Assembly (NCBI RefSeq): GCF_048593235.1
Contig: NC_133620.1
Coordinates: 23,809,123-23,873,122, forward strand
DNA from: Sminthopsis crassicaudata
Lineage: Eukaryota
DNA length: 64,000 bases
Direction of reading: 5' to 3'
In this document: positions 35,020 to 48,246 of the stretch, in pieces
How the letters are laid out: every line of letters starts with the position of its first letter
Position numbering within the stretch: the first letter of the stretch is position 1
The notes under the pieces: generated by a model
Databases searched by the model: none
What the model was told of the DNA's origin: nothing
Seen by the model: only the letters and a program-made list of their open reading frames with translations
Position numbers and translations under genes: made by a program

Positions 35020-36424
35020 GTAAGCTCAGGCTTTGTGTTCTGAATGTTGGGTAAATGCATGACTGGAAGGAAAAGGTAAGACAAAGGAAGAAGCGTTCCC
35101 AAAGCACCTACTGTGAGCCAGACACTGTGCTAACGGCTGTGTGCACATATTATCTCATTTGACCCTCACAAGAATCCTGGGAAGCTAAGGTAGACAAAAG
35201 TTATGTGTCTGAGTATCTGAGGCTGGATTTGAATTCAGGTCTTCCTGACTCCAGCTCAGTGCTCATCGTACCCATCAAATTGCCCCGAATTTCATTTGAT
35301 CCTCACAGGAAACCTGGGGTGTAGGTGCTATTGTTGTCCCAATTTTACAGTTGAGGAAATTGAGGCAGACGGGTTAAGTGACTTACCCAGGATCATACAG
35401 TGCTCCATGCTCTTAGCTCTGTGTAAACCCCCACGGTGCCAGATCATTGCCTACCTGGTGGCAGCATGGACCCCCAAATCACAGAAACTCAAACAGGTTC
35501 TTCAGTTAGCAAATGATGGCACAGTGAAGATAATGCTCAGTTCTGTTCCTTTCTGAGGTTTGTGAAGCCCTTTCTTACAGCTGTTTGGTAAGTGGGCTGA
35601 AGAGGCTAATTTATAGAATATAGATTAAGAGCCCCAATTTATAGATGTGTAAATAGAAGGAACATGGCTTGTGCAAGGTCACATGGCCAGTCAATGTGTT
35701 ACCAGTCAGTAACACCTACCTGTGCCAAGTGATGGGGAGACTGTCTCCGGCCAGGCAGGACACAGGTGGGTGGAAGGGGTGATATCTGGAGGAGCAGAAA
35801 GGGCCTGGCTAGGAAGGGCTTGGAGGGTTTCCTGGTTCCTGGAAGTGATAGGAGTATTTTTGTTGGAAGTGGGATTGAACCTGAGTTAGGAAAATCACAT
35901 TAGTTCCCCCATGAAGGGGAGACTGGAGTGGAGAGACTGGGGCCGGCTTTGAGCTTTAGGGCTCCCCAGGAGGAGTGAAAAGCATTCCCACCTTGCTGTT
36001 GGTGTGCCTCGTACCCCTGCCAAATGGAGAGTTCTCTGGGACTGGAGTCAGGCCAGCTCGCTGAGCAGAATTCTTGTGAACTGTGGGGCATGAATAAAAT
36101 GAGCTCTGGCATAGCCTCAGGAAGGCTTCAAGGCCTACCACTGACCCATTAGTGGCTGCGGGTCTCAGTTAGTGAGAATGGAGGCCTTATTGCCGATTTT
36201 ATTGGAGGATAAATGGAGCTAGAATCAGCAGGTCTGGGGTTGGAATCCTGATGGTCAATCTCAGTTTTCTCATCTGTAAAATGGGCATGATTTGATGCCT
36301 AACGCTGTAAGAATCTTATAAGAATCAAATGAGATCCATGTAAAGTGCCTTGGGAGCCTTGCACACTCTTAGGAAGGCTGAGTTATTATGACATATTTGA
36401 ACACTTTTCTCCTCTGTATCTTAG

Positions 36425-36508
36425 ATCCCAGCGGTCAGGTGCGCCCCGACATCATCAACGGGAAAGGAAATCCCAGCTACAAGTACTTCTACATCAACGC
36501 TGACCAGG
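36425..36508 (+). CDS. TXNDC12: TXNDC12 exon 6 (DPSGQVRPDIINGKGNPSYKYFYINADQ)
   Basis: 84 nt, cttag acceptor, gtgtgt donor; matches ERp18. Confidence 0.96.
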
Positions 36509-38016
36509 GTGTGTTGGGGCAGGGTGGACGGGAGGGGGAAGCTGCAGCTCCCCAACTTGGCCAGGAAGTAGCAGGTTCAGGATCTGCATGAGAAAGTCAG
36601 TTAAAGAAATCTTTATAAAGAACCTACTGTGTGCTACCTGGGTCCCACATGTGGTACAGGAAGGAAAGTGCAGGGAGGTGTAAACTCGGCTAGTTAATCT
36701 CTGCCATGACCAGAACTGAGAGCCAAAAAAGCCTTCACTGGAAGCCTTCAGGGCAGACTGTAATTAGGACTTCCGAGAGCTGGCAGTGAAAGCACAGGCC
36801 CTTGTGTTTGTCAGCTACATCTAAGGGAAAGCCTTGTGGTATAATTGGAGACCCCCAAGGGGATGTGGCAGGAAATGGGCAAAGAGAGAAGGGTAGAGTG
36901 AGGGCAGCTCCCAGATCCCTGGCAGCACCTAAGCTGGTGGCTCCAGAGCTGGGAGCCAGGGCCGTCCCTAGGAAGAGTGGGGGGCAGGGAGGTCGGTCTG
37001 GTTTGGGCAGGTTGCCCCCCTCAGCTGGTATTTCTGCCATCGAGCTTCCTGTGATCATCAGGATATCATTCCAAGGGCAGCTGCCCAGCCTCTCAGAGGG
37101 TTGCCACTCCCCCTCCCATGTTTGGAGTATTTTCTGTGCTTGGCACTAATGGCAGGAAGGCTCTTAAGCTGGGCGGTCCCGAAGAAGGCCATCCCGATAG
37201 GAGGCCCAGGAAACTCCGAGCTGTCTTCATGTCCTTGGAAGTCCTGTGGGAGAAGCTCCAGAGGCCACTTGGGCTTCCTTGCATTAAAGCCCCTCAGAGG
37301 GGAATGGGCTTCCCAGGATGGAGGTAGTCAGGTACAGATGAGACTGGAAAGGCCGGAGGTCCCTCCTTAGTCTGAGAAGTCCACCCCACATCCCAAGATG
37401 TCCTGGGATCACTCAGGGGTCACTGCCCTGCTCAAATCTAACCTCCCCACCCCCAGCCTTAGTCCTGGATTCTTTTCCAGAAGGCTCCTTCACTCCCTTG
37501 TTTTCTGTATTTCTGAACATTTTTTCTTGTTTATTGCAAACTTGATCATCAATTTCACACCCATCATCTCCCAGTATTGGCCCAACTCCTTGCTTTTGCG
37601 CTGACCACCCCCCACAGCTGGAGCTCTCCTACCTCCTTGACAAGAACTCCTCTCATATCCCGTCTCCTACAGAAGGCTTCCCAGCCCTTCCTTCCCCAGA
37701 GATCACCTCCCAGCCACTGCCAGCATTCTGTGCAGACCCCCTGGAAGCCCTTGAAGATGAGAGCTACCTTTCCCTTTATTTGTGCCTGGTAGGGAGCCTG
37801 GCACTGTGCCCAGCCAGCGTGCACAGGGACAGGTGCCACAAACACCGGCATTTGATACAAAGAGCAGGCAAGGGAAGAAATTTAAGAACCAGGCTCCTCC
37901 TGGGTCCAGCATCAGTGCCAAGTGGCACGGCTGCCCCGTCACCCCTCCTGGATTCTCTTTCTTCCCCTTTGGGTGATGTCTCCTTGTTTTTCCCTGTTTT
38001 TTTTTTTTTTTTTCAG

Positions 38017-38096
38017 TGGTTGAAGGGATGAAGGAAGCCCAGGAAAAGCTGACGGGTGACGCCTTCCGAAGAAGCCACCTGCAAGATGAGCTGTGA
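38017..38096 (+). CDS. TXNDC12: TXNDC12 exon 7 ([26 protein letters not shown])
   Basis: 80 nt, long T tract with cag acceptor, ends in the ER-retrieval motif QDEL. All 7 exons total 513 nt, i.e. 170 aa plus stop. Confidence 0.97.
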
Positions 38097-38708
38097 TGGA
38101 GCTGGGAGCGTCTTCCCTAAATAAGAGTGAGCGGAGGAGTCTTCTCCTGGAAAGGCCCTGAGACGGGCCTTGCACTGGAAGGCAGGGCCTGCCCTTCTGG
38201 GAGAGGGTGCTTCCCTCTGGAGAAGACTCAGCCTTCCCATCCAGGCACATGCCCTGGGATTCCTCTCCCCTTTCCTCTCCTACCTTCCACTAATTTGTCT
38301 GAGAATGGGCATCCGATGAGCCCTTGCCACTCATGCTTGGTTTCTCATTGTTTCTTCCCCATCCTCCATGCCCTGCTCACAAGGGCACTGAGAATGTGGG
38401 CAAGAACCACGACTGAGCAAATCAGCCCGTCACTTTCCATTTCCAAAGGGAAACAGGAAGGTTGATCAGTGGTTCTGGCCCCATCAGAAAACCAGGGAAT
38501 GTTAGCAACCTGCCCTTGACCTTCCTTCCTCCCATCTTGTTCATTTTCCCTGTTTGTTCCAGAAATTAAGTGAACTCTGAATCAGTCGTCCCCCCCCCCA
38601 ACAATCCCCCCCAGCATCTGAGCAATGCCTCACCTCCTATAGATCCATTCTAGTAATTTCATCACACTGTATTTTTGTACTAGGGTTTGGAAAATGACTT
38701 GTAGTTTA

Positions 38709-38714
38709 ATTAAA
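38709..38714 (+). terminator. TXNDC12: Probable TXNDC12 polyadenylation signal (ATTAAA)
   Basis: First poly(A) hexamer I found after the stop codon, about 610 nt downstream, followed by GT-rich sequence. Confidence 0.5.
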
Positions 38715-39399
38715 CTTTTAAATAATGCTTTAAAGGAAACTGCTGCTTGTTTGGGGTTGGGGGGGTAGATGGGGAGGGACAAAGCCTATGTTGGAACTGT
38801 CCCAAAGTGGGGTGAGTTGCCACAAAAGATGGTGAAATGTCTTCTTCCCTGAAGGATCTTCACGTGGAGACTAGATGGCCACTTCCTGGGAATTTTCTCA
38901 TGGTGTACTTGTTCACTCTGGGGTTGGGCAAAATGATAAAACACTGAATTTGGGGCTCCAGGGTTCAAGACCCAGCTCATGCCTTAGCTTTGTGACCCAA
39001 GTCATAAGATTTCTCAGGGCTTCAGCTGGTCTCCCTGTTGCTCTCTATGTTCTCTAGAGACCCCTCCAGTTCCAAATTGCTTGATCCTAAGAAGCCAAGG
39101 CCCCAAGTTCTGTGAGGGTAATGACTGACTTGCCTTCCCAGAAACGAAAGACCCTGCTCTGGATCAGGGAGGGCTCAGAAAAGGTGGAGGTGGCAGAAGG
39201 TGATATCTGAGCCAGGCCCCAGCAATTCCAGGAAGTGGAGGGGAAGGGGGGCAATATTTGAGATATGAGATGGTTGATATAAAGCAGGGAGGCAGGAGAT
39301 GGAATGTCCTCTCTCTGGAACAACAAGACCACCCTTTGGTCTGTACTAAAGTCTGGAAAGGTAGCTCAGAGCCAGGTGATGAGGGGCTTTAAATGATGA

Positions 39400-40500
39400 A
39401 CGGCTGGTCAGCAGATTAGAAAAACAATTCTCAAAGTACTATTAATTATATAGGAAGGATGTTCTATATCACTAATAAGAAAAATTGAGATCAAATCAAC
39501 CCTGAGGTTTTATCTTATACCCAGCAAATTGGCAAAAAGGAATAGTCGCTGTTGGAGAGGTCGTGCAAAGGGAGATAAACTTGTTTGTCCTTTGCTCTCA
39601 AAGAAGACCAATGATATTACAGGGGCGAGGTCTTGACTCTCAGACGAAGTAGATTTAAGTGAGGCAGAGTGGAATAAAGTCTCCAGCCTCATTCCTTGGT
39701 CATCCAAGTCCAGTGGCAGGACAGAAGTCAAGATGGCTGGTGATGGCCCGGGATGCAGTGGGTGACCTTGATCTTTGACATTAAAGTCTTTACCTAGTCT
39801 CAGTTTGTCTGAAGCAATGCTCATTCAATGACTGAGGGCTAGTAATAATTTGAGAAAAAAACATAGCCTCATTTACCATCGAAAAAATATCAGTCTGGGA
39901 GAGGAAGCCTCAAGATTTCTGGCTCAGACAAAAACCAATGGCTATTTACATATTCTAAGCCTTCAAAATCCGAAGACACCTTAAAGCATCATTGGTAGAA
40001 CTATAAATTAGCATGACCATTTTAAAAAGCAGTTTAGAATGCTACAAATAAAGTGGCTAAAATGTTTCCACCCTTTGACTCAGAGGTTTCACCGCCAGGC
40101 TATAGCCCAACAGAAAAGGCCTCTCATACCACAAAATCCTTTTAGCAGCATTAGTCATGGTAGCCAAGGGTTAGGGGTGCAGTACATGCCCGAGCACTGG
40201 GTAACGGGAATGTCATCGACTATTGTGTGTCGTAAGGAACAGCGGATATGATGAATTTAGAGAACCACAGAAGAACTTCCTTGAATGGATGCAAACTGGC
40301 ATAAGCAGAACTAAGGAGACTGCAGGAGGATGACGACAATATACAGGGAAAAAAGCCACCGTGAAAAATCAAAATTACAAAGGATATGATGTGACAAAAG
40401 GTCTCCATCCTCTCTCTTGCACAGATGGGGATCCCCAGGTAAGGAATGTTGCATGTATTGTCAGATTTGGGAGGGATGGGGAAGGGGAAGGGGAAAGAAG
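39400..40500 (+). mobile_element. Old L1 (ORF2 C-terminal/3'UTR remnants) interrupted by an RTE-type SINE
   Basis: Degenerate L1 motifs (gagatcaaatcaaccctgagg, ccctttgactcag, cagcattagtcatggtagcc). Confidence 0.55.
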
Positions 40501-40726
40501 GAAACATTGATTAAGTGGCTGCTGCATCCCAGGCACAGTGCTAAGCACTTTACAGATGTTTGATCTTCACAACCCAGAACGTAGCTGCTGTTATTAGCTG
40601 TATTTTAGAGTTGAGGGAACTGAGGCAAATGAATTTGAAGTAACTTGCCTAGATTCACAGTGAGGCTGGAGTTAAACTTGGGTCTTCCTGGCTTTAGACC
40701 CAACATTCCATTTCACATCATCACTT

Positions 40727-40924
40727 NNNNNNNNNNNNNNNNNNNNNNNNNNNNNNNNNNNNNNNNNNNNNNNNNNNNNNNNNNNNNNNNNNNNNNNNNN
40801 NNNNNNNNNNNNNNNNNNNNNNNNNNNNNNNNNNNNNNNNNNNNNNNNNNNNNNNNNNNNNNNNNNNNNNNNNNNNNNNNNNNNNNNNNNNNNNNNNNNN
40901 NNNNNNNNNNNNNNNNNNNNNNNN
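40727..40924. other. Assembly gap (N run)
   Basis: Run of N between CORE-SINE sequences. Confidence 1.
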
Positions 40925-41058
40925 TTGCCCAGGGTCAGACAGCTAGGAAGTGTTAAAGAGTCTGAGATCAAATTTGAACTCGGGACCTCCTGAATTCAGG
41001 GCTGGTTCTCTATCCATTGCGCCACCTCACTGCCCCCTTTCTCTCTCTCTCTCTCTCT

Positions 41059-42003
41059 TTTTTTAATTTAATTTTTATTTTATTTTATAATTATAACTTT
41101 TTTTTGACAGTACATATGCATGGGTAATTTTTTACAACATTATCCCTTGCACTTACTTCTGCTCAGATTTTTTCCCTTCCTCCCCCAACCCCCTCCCCCA
41201 GATGGCAGGCAGTCTTATACATGTTAAATATATTACAATATATTCTAGATACAATATATGTGTGTAGAACCGAATTTCTTGTTGCACAGGAAAAATTGGA
41301 TTCAGAAGGTAAAAATAACAGTTTACACTCATTTCCCAGTGTTCCTTTTCTGGATGTAGCTGGTTCTGTCCATCATTAATCAATTAGAATTGGATTAGCT
41401 CTTCTCTATGTTGAATTTATCCACTTCCATCAGAATACATCCTCGTACAGTATCATTGTTGAAGTGTATAATGATCTTCTGGTTCTGCTCGTTTCACTCA
41501 GCATCAGTTGATGTAAGTCTCTCCAAGCCTCTCTGTATTCCTCCTGCTGGTCATTTCTTACAGAACAATAATATTCCATAACCTTCATATACAATAATTT
41601 ACCCAACAATTCTCCAATTGATGGACATCCATTCATTTTCCAGTTTCTAGCCACTATGAAAAGGGCTGCCACAAACATTTTGGCACATACAGGTCCCTTT
41701 CCCTTCTTTAGTATTTCCTTGGGATACAAGCCCAATAACAGCACTGCTGGGTCAAAGGGTATGCACAGTTTGATAACTTTTTGGGCATAATTCCAGATTG
41801 CTCTCCAGAATGGCTGGATTCTTTCACAACTCCACCAACAATGCATCAGTGTCCCAGTTTTCCCACATCCCCTCCAACATTCATTGTTATTTGTTCCTGT
41901 CATCTTAGCCAATCTGACAGGTGTGTAGTGGTATCTCAGAGTTGTCTTAATTTGCATTTCTCTGATCAGTAGTGATTTGGAATACTCTTTCATATGAGTG
42001 GAA
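41059..42003 (-). mobile_element. Relatively young 5'-truncated L1 (ORF2 C-terminus plus 3'UTR)
   Basis: ORF 41430..41993 encodes L1 ORF2 C-terminal sequence ([16 protein letters not shown]...[16 protein letters not shown]...). A T-rich tail is at 41059 and a SINE is inserted at the 5' junction. Confidence 0.92.
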
Positions 42004-42020
42004 CTTCTTTTTTAAAAAAA

Positions 42021-42051
<31 letters not shown>

Positions 42052-42159
42052 TTGTGAGGCAATTGGGGTTAAGTGACTTGCCAAGGATCACACAACTTTT
42101 GAACTCCTGACTTAAGGGCCGGTACACTATCCAGTGTGCCATTTAGCACACCTTTCTCA

Positions 42160-42192
<33 letters not shown>

Positions 42193-42336
42193 ATATATAG
42201 CTATAGATAGATAGATAGATATAAGGAGAAAATTAGGAAACAAAACCAAAAAACAATAAAAATTTATTTTAAAAATTTCTTTAAAATTCTAAATGGAGGC
42301 ATTTTTAATTTCATCTTCTGAGTCTTTGCAAGTCAG

Positions 42337-43100
42337 AGGTAGCTGGGTGGCATAGGTGGAGAGTGGGCCTGGAATGAGGAAGAGTCATCTTCCTGAGTTA
42401 AAATGTGGCTTATTCAGAACCAGGAGATCATGTACACGGCAACAACAAGACTATACAGTGATCAATTCTGATGGACGTGGCTCTTTCCAACAATGAGACA
42501 ATTAAGTGCATTTCCAATGATCTTGTGATGAAGAGAGCCATCTGCATCCAGGGGGAGGACTGTGGGAACTGAGTGTGGACCACAACCTATGTTCTCATTC
42601 TCTCTGTTATTATTTGCTTGCATTTTGTTTTCTTTCCTAATTTTTTTCCTTCTTAATCTGATTTTTCTTGTGCAGCAAAATAACTATATAAATATGTAAA
42701 TATATATTGTATTTAACATATATTTTAATATATTTAACATGTATTGGACTACCTGCCATCTACGGGAGAGGATGGGGGGAAGGAGGGGAAAAGTTGGAAC
42801 ACAAGTTTTGCAAGGGTCAATGTTGGAAAAATTGCCCATGCATATGCATTGTAAATAAAAAGTTATAATTTAAAAAATGTGACTTATTTACTAAGTACTA
42901 CTTACTTACTAAGCTTAAATTTGTGGCACACTTATCTGTGTGACCCTGGATGAATCACTTAACCGAATTTACCTTAGTTTCCCCTATCTGTAAAATGGGC
43001 TAGAGGAGGAAGTGGCAAAATCACTTCACTATCTCTGCCAATAACCCCAAAAAGTGTCACAAAGATTCAAATGTGACTGAAAATAACTGAATGACAAAAA
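42337..43100 (+). mobile_element. MAR1-type SINE interrupted by an L1 3' fragment (42415-42873) with 15-bp TSD
   Basis: SINE head at 42337 and core/RTE tail after 42890. The inserted L1 is flanked by aaaatgtggcttatt (42400-42414) and aaaatgtgacttatt (42874-42888) at a TT/AAAA site. Confidence 0.85.
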
Positions 43101-43443
43101 CTGGAAGTCACTGGAGTTAAATGAGTAGAGGAGTAACTGAATTTTAGAAATATTGCTCCTGTGAAGGATGAATTGACCAGGGGTGACCAGTTGGAACGCT
43201 GTCATTGTAGACCAGGTGATAAAGACCTATATGCATCCAATGAGAAGGTAGAAGTGAGGAGCTCAGGTACCTATTGCATGTGGGCATGAAGGAGTGAAGA
43301 GGAAGACTGTGAAGTCATGAATCTATGGGACTGGAAGTATTGACGTCAATGGCTAGACTTTAATCCAGATCCTGTGATTTTGAGCCAGTGTTATTTCCAC
43401 TATACCTAAGGGTCAAGCCAGGCTCCTCTTTTTTTTTCCCCCC

Positions 43444-43593
43444 TGAGGCAATTGGGGTTAAGTGACTTGCCCAGGGTCACACAGCTAGGAAGTCTTAAGT
43501 GTCTGAGATCAGATTTGAACTCAGGTCCTCCTGACTTCAGGGCTGGTGCTCTACCCCCTGCGCCACGCAGCTGCACCGCCACCCAGCTGCACC
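43444..43593 (-). mobile_element. WSINE1-type SINE (similar copies at 40925-41037, about 42050-42150 and 45762-45870)
   Basis: ctgaggcaattggggttaagtgacttgcccagggtcacacagctaggaagt..aagtgtctgag..tttgaactcaggtcctcctgac; the head carries a short tandem duplication. Confidence 0.8.
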
Positions 43594-44519
43594 CCCCCCC
43601 CTTCTTATAGGGTCACCAGTCCATTAAGTAACCAGCCCAAGGTCTCCCAAGTTAAATCAATGGATTTGGTCCCATGTCCTCCCGAACAAATTCTGCCCTC
43701 TTTTCATGGCGCCTCCCTCAGTCTCAGGCTCTGCTTCTTTCCCTTCTTCCCTTTCCTCCCTCTCTCCTCCCATCCTGCTCCTCTTCCCAAATGTGTAGTC
43801 ACTTTATTGTGGCCTTGGACAGTGACTGGCAGGCTGTGGCTTCCTTGTTGGACACTAGGGGGCAGCATCTACTTGCAGCTGGCTGGCTCTGCTCTCTGGC
43901 CCGACAATCCCCAGCATAGTCATCTGCCTATAATGAGGCGTTTGATCCGTTAGACAGCGTTGATGAGCATCAGGGGTCTCAGGCTCTCCAGACTCCATTT
44001 TATACCAGAATAATTTCTGACGTCCCCAATCCCACCTCTGAGTTTGGGGACCGTCCTCCTGAGGCCGGGGCCCCCAATGGGAAAAGCCTTGACCAAAGCG
44101 CCACAGCCAGGGTGTTCCCACATGCATAATGGGAGGAAATGCTAAATTTCAGGGACTTAGTGGAAATCAAACCATACTTGGCTTTTTCTTTCTTATTTTT
44201 GAGGATCTATGTTTTCATTCACAATTAACATGACCAACATGGAAACATGTTTTACATTTATGTAAATAATTGTTTATTTTCTCACTGTGGAGGAAAGAAG
44301 GGAGAGAAATTGGAACTCAGTTTTTTTTTTTTTTAAAGGCTAAAGACAAGTCACTTAATGCTATTTGCTTTCAATTTCCTCATCTGGGCAAATCGCTTAA
44401 CCTTTCTTCATTAGTAAAATGGGAGATAATAATAGTATTTATTTCCCAGAGTCATTGGGAGGATCAAATAAGATCATATTTCTAAAACATTTTGCAGCGT
44501 TTTAAAGCACTACACAAAT

Positions 44520-47500
44520 GCTTTTTTTTTGTTTGTTCTTTATTTTCTTTTCCCCAATTACATGTAAAAACAATTTTAACATTCATTTTTAAATGAATGA
44601 GCTGAGCTCCAAATTCTCTCCCTTTCTCCCTCCCCACTCCCTTCATTGAGAAAGCAATTTAATATAAGTTATACGTGTATAGTCATGCAAAACATAGTTC
44701 CATAATAGTTATGTTGTGAAAGAAAACACGGACCAAAAAAACCCTCAATAAAAATAGAGGAAATAAGCAAATAGACATGTCCAACTCTTCTTGACCCCAT
44801 TTGAAGTTTTCTGAAGTGTTTTGCCATTTCCTTCTCCAGCTCATTTTACAAATGAAGAAACTGAGGCAGAGAGGGTAAAATGACTTGCCCAGAGACACAC
44901 AATTAATAACTATATGAGTCTTTGAATTCAGAGAGCTGTCTTTCTGACTCCAGGTCCAGTGCCCCCTAATAGCAATGTAAGTTAGTAGCTATTTTATTAT
45001 TTGGGCTACTACCAACTCACAAGGCTTCTTTGCTTCTGCCATCTAGACTTCTGTTAATACTAGTGCCTTCTCTCCATTGATTATCTTCAGTTTATCCTAT
45101 CCATATCCTTATTGTTATATCTAATTGTTTGCATATCATTTCCCCCCCCCCAGATGCTGAAGTCCTTCAGGGAAAGAGCTGGGTTTTTTTTTTTTTCTTT
45201 CTTTGTACCCCCAGCACTTAGCACAAGTTAACATAGTTAAACATAGTTAAAAATCAGTCAGCAAACATTAATAATGCCATATTGCAAACTTAAGGTGATT
45301 ATTTTTTATCTTATTGATTTTAGTATTTTATTTACATGTAATTACATGTAAAACAATTATTAATATTCATTTTTAAACTTTTGAATTCCAAATGCTTTCC
45401 CTTCTTCATTCTCTACCTCCCTCATTGAGAAGGCAAGCAGTTTAATATAGGTTATACATGTTTAGTCATGCAAAACATGTTTCCATAATAGTTATGTTGT
45501 GGAAAAAAACAAAGACAAAAAAAAAAAACTCAAGAAAGATAAAGAAAATAAACAAAAAAGTATGCTTCAATCTATATTTAGACACTATCCATTCTCTAGC
45601 AGTATTTTTTGAAAAGATTTGCCTTTTTCAGTTCCCGGTGATAATTTAGCTGAGCCTTATAAAAGATATGAATGAACAGTTTTGACAAATTTGAAAATAG
45701 CCCTACTATGTGTCAAATGTATGTGGCTACTGCTCTATTTATTGCACCAAACAGCTGTTCTTTGAGGCAATTAGGTTAAGTGACTTGCCCAAGGTCACAC
45801 AACTAGGAAGTGTTAATTGTCTGAGATCACATTTGAACTCAGGTCCTCCTGACTTCAGGGCTGCTGCTCTGGCAATTGAGTAGGAGATGGAAGTCCAAGC
45901 TGTTCATTTACTTTCTCCATTTCTTCAATTTTTCATTATAAGTCTGCCAAAGTTGTCTTGGATCATTATAGTCCTGAGGATAACTAAATCATTCATAGCC
46001 AATCACTTTAGAATATTGCTGTTACTTTGTACTTAGTACGTTTTACTTTGCATCAGCTCATGGGGATTTAAGGTAATTAATTTTGTCATTATTATTATTT
46101 CATCCCATTCCCTCATTTTGTATACCAAAGTTCTGGAAAAGGTTCACATTAATTCCATAGTCACATAGGGAATAAGTGATAGAGAGGGGACATTTGGCCC
46201 CATGCTCTGATTCCTAATCCATCTCAGTTTCTATGGCTCCACTAGAAACTTAGAGTCTTTATAATTCTTACGTCTTTAAGAAATGGAGCACCAGTCAGAG
46301 TGAGCGCCCCAAATCTCAGTTAGACTGTTCTGCAGGATGGGATGGAATCTCACTCCTCAGAGAAGGCCGTGCCCTAGGGAGCCTGGCCCAACAACTGTTG
46401 CAGACCCCTTTCCCCCTGACACCAGCTTCTGCTCTCTGCCTCAGTTGTCAAGGGGTGTTGCTAAGGCTCCATCCTCATGAGATCTCCTTCCCTTGGTATT
46501 GTCGAGGATGTTTTTCTTCTTTTGGGAGAAGCAAATGTTTTGATCTGGTGATCTTACTTATTTGGGAATATAATGTCCACCTTTCAATAATTTAATACAA
46601 TAAGTATTTTTTAAAAGCATCTTTTGTGTACCTAGGGCAGCTAGGTGGTACAGTGGTTTGAGTGTCCAGTCTGTACTCTGAAAGATTCATATTCCTGAAT
46701 TCAAATCTAGTTTCAGACCTTTACTATCTGGGCAAGTCACTTAACCTCGTTCGCCTCAGTTTCTTAAACTAGTGGCAAACCATTTCTGACTTTGTCAAGA
46801 AATGCTTCTGAAGTTAAGCCTGAAGTTAAGATCCTCCTGTGTCCAGGCCCAGAGCCCCATGCCCTATGGCATCGTCTAGTTACCCTAATAATAATACACA
46901 TGTATAAACAAAAATACCCAGAGTGGAGGCAACAAACAGGAACTTGGGGTCTTAATTTCAGATGGCAAATTTGATCGGTGAAAATGTCAGCTCACTGTTA
47001 GTGGGAATAATCTCATTCTTTTTATTTGTATCCTCAGTATCTAGCACAGGGTATGATTTAAAATATATGTTTAACAAAATGATTATTGAGACTTGGAATG
47101 AACACCCAGACTCGGACTCTGGATCAACCTCTCTTATTTTTTAAGGGAATTTAATTTTCCTCAATTCTGTGTGAAGACAATTTTTTTTTTAAACATTCAT
47201 CAAAAAAAAAATTGAGTTCCAAATTTTCTCCCTTCCCCCTTCCTAGGATGGTAAGCGATTTGATATAGATTACATATGGGCAATCATGTAAAACATTTCT
47301 ATATATAAAATATTTCTATGTTAGTCATGTTGTGAAAGAAGAAACATGCCAAAATGAAAAAAAAAAAACCTCACACAAAAAAGAAAGTGAAAATATATGC
47401 TTTCATCTGCATTCAGATGCCATCAGTTCTTTCTCTGGATGGGATAGCATTTTCCATCACAACTCTTTTGGAATTGTTTTGGCTCATTATATTGCCGAGA

Positions 47501-47560
47501 AGAGCTAACTCATTCATGGTTGATCATCATACAATGTTGCTGTTATTGTGTACAATCAAT
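44520..47560 (-). mobile_element. Cluster of L1 3' fragments (about 44520-44760, 45300-45600, 47165-47560) interleaved with MAR1/WSINE1 SINEs
   Basis: Repeated antisense L1 tail motif (ttacatgtaaaaacaatt...catgcaaaacat...atgttgtgaaagaa) with CORE-SINE segments in between. Confidence 0.7.
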
Positions 47561-47689
47561 ACACTTTACTAAGAAGAAATAAGATTGGTAAGGGGATGGA
47601 GAGGGGTAACATTGTATATGAAGAAGATATACTTATGTGAACAAATCCAGGTACCAGGATGAGGAAACATATGGGACAAAGGAACAAAA

Positions 47690-48203
47690 GGGATTATGTG
47701 ATCAGAATAGACTAGAGACCACCTGGACAGAAGGGTGAATAAATGAGATACTCTAGAAACAAATCACCAGCCTGGTGTAGAAGCATAATATGCTGGTGAC
47801 TGGAGACTTTCAATATCTTCTTCTTGTCGAAAAGATAACTTATGTTTTGTTTTTTTTTCTTTAATATGGAGGAACCAACAAAGAGAAATTCTATTCTGGA
47901 TCTGATTCTCACTAAGGAGGAGGAACTATTTATCAAGAGATCATGGGAATCCTGGATATAAGTGACCATTCCCTCTTAGAGTTTATAACAGAGGAGAAAG
48001 AACTCAGGATTCGTCTGATGGGCATTCTGGATTTAGAAGAAACAGATTCAGCAGAAAGGATTAAAATTCTAGCCGGGGAATCAGCCAGAAACAATAGGAA
48101 ATTTACAAGACTGAAATTCTCAAGACACAAAGTGAAACAATTTCAACGAGAGAGAAAAAAAATCTGATGAGATTAATGTGGATTCATAGGGAACTCTCCA
48201 AAC

Positions 48204-48246
<43 letters not shown>

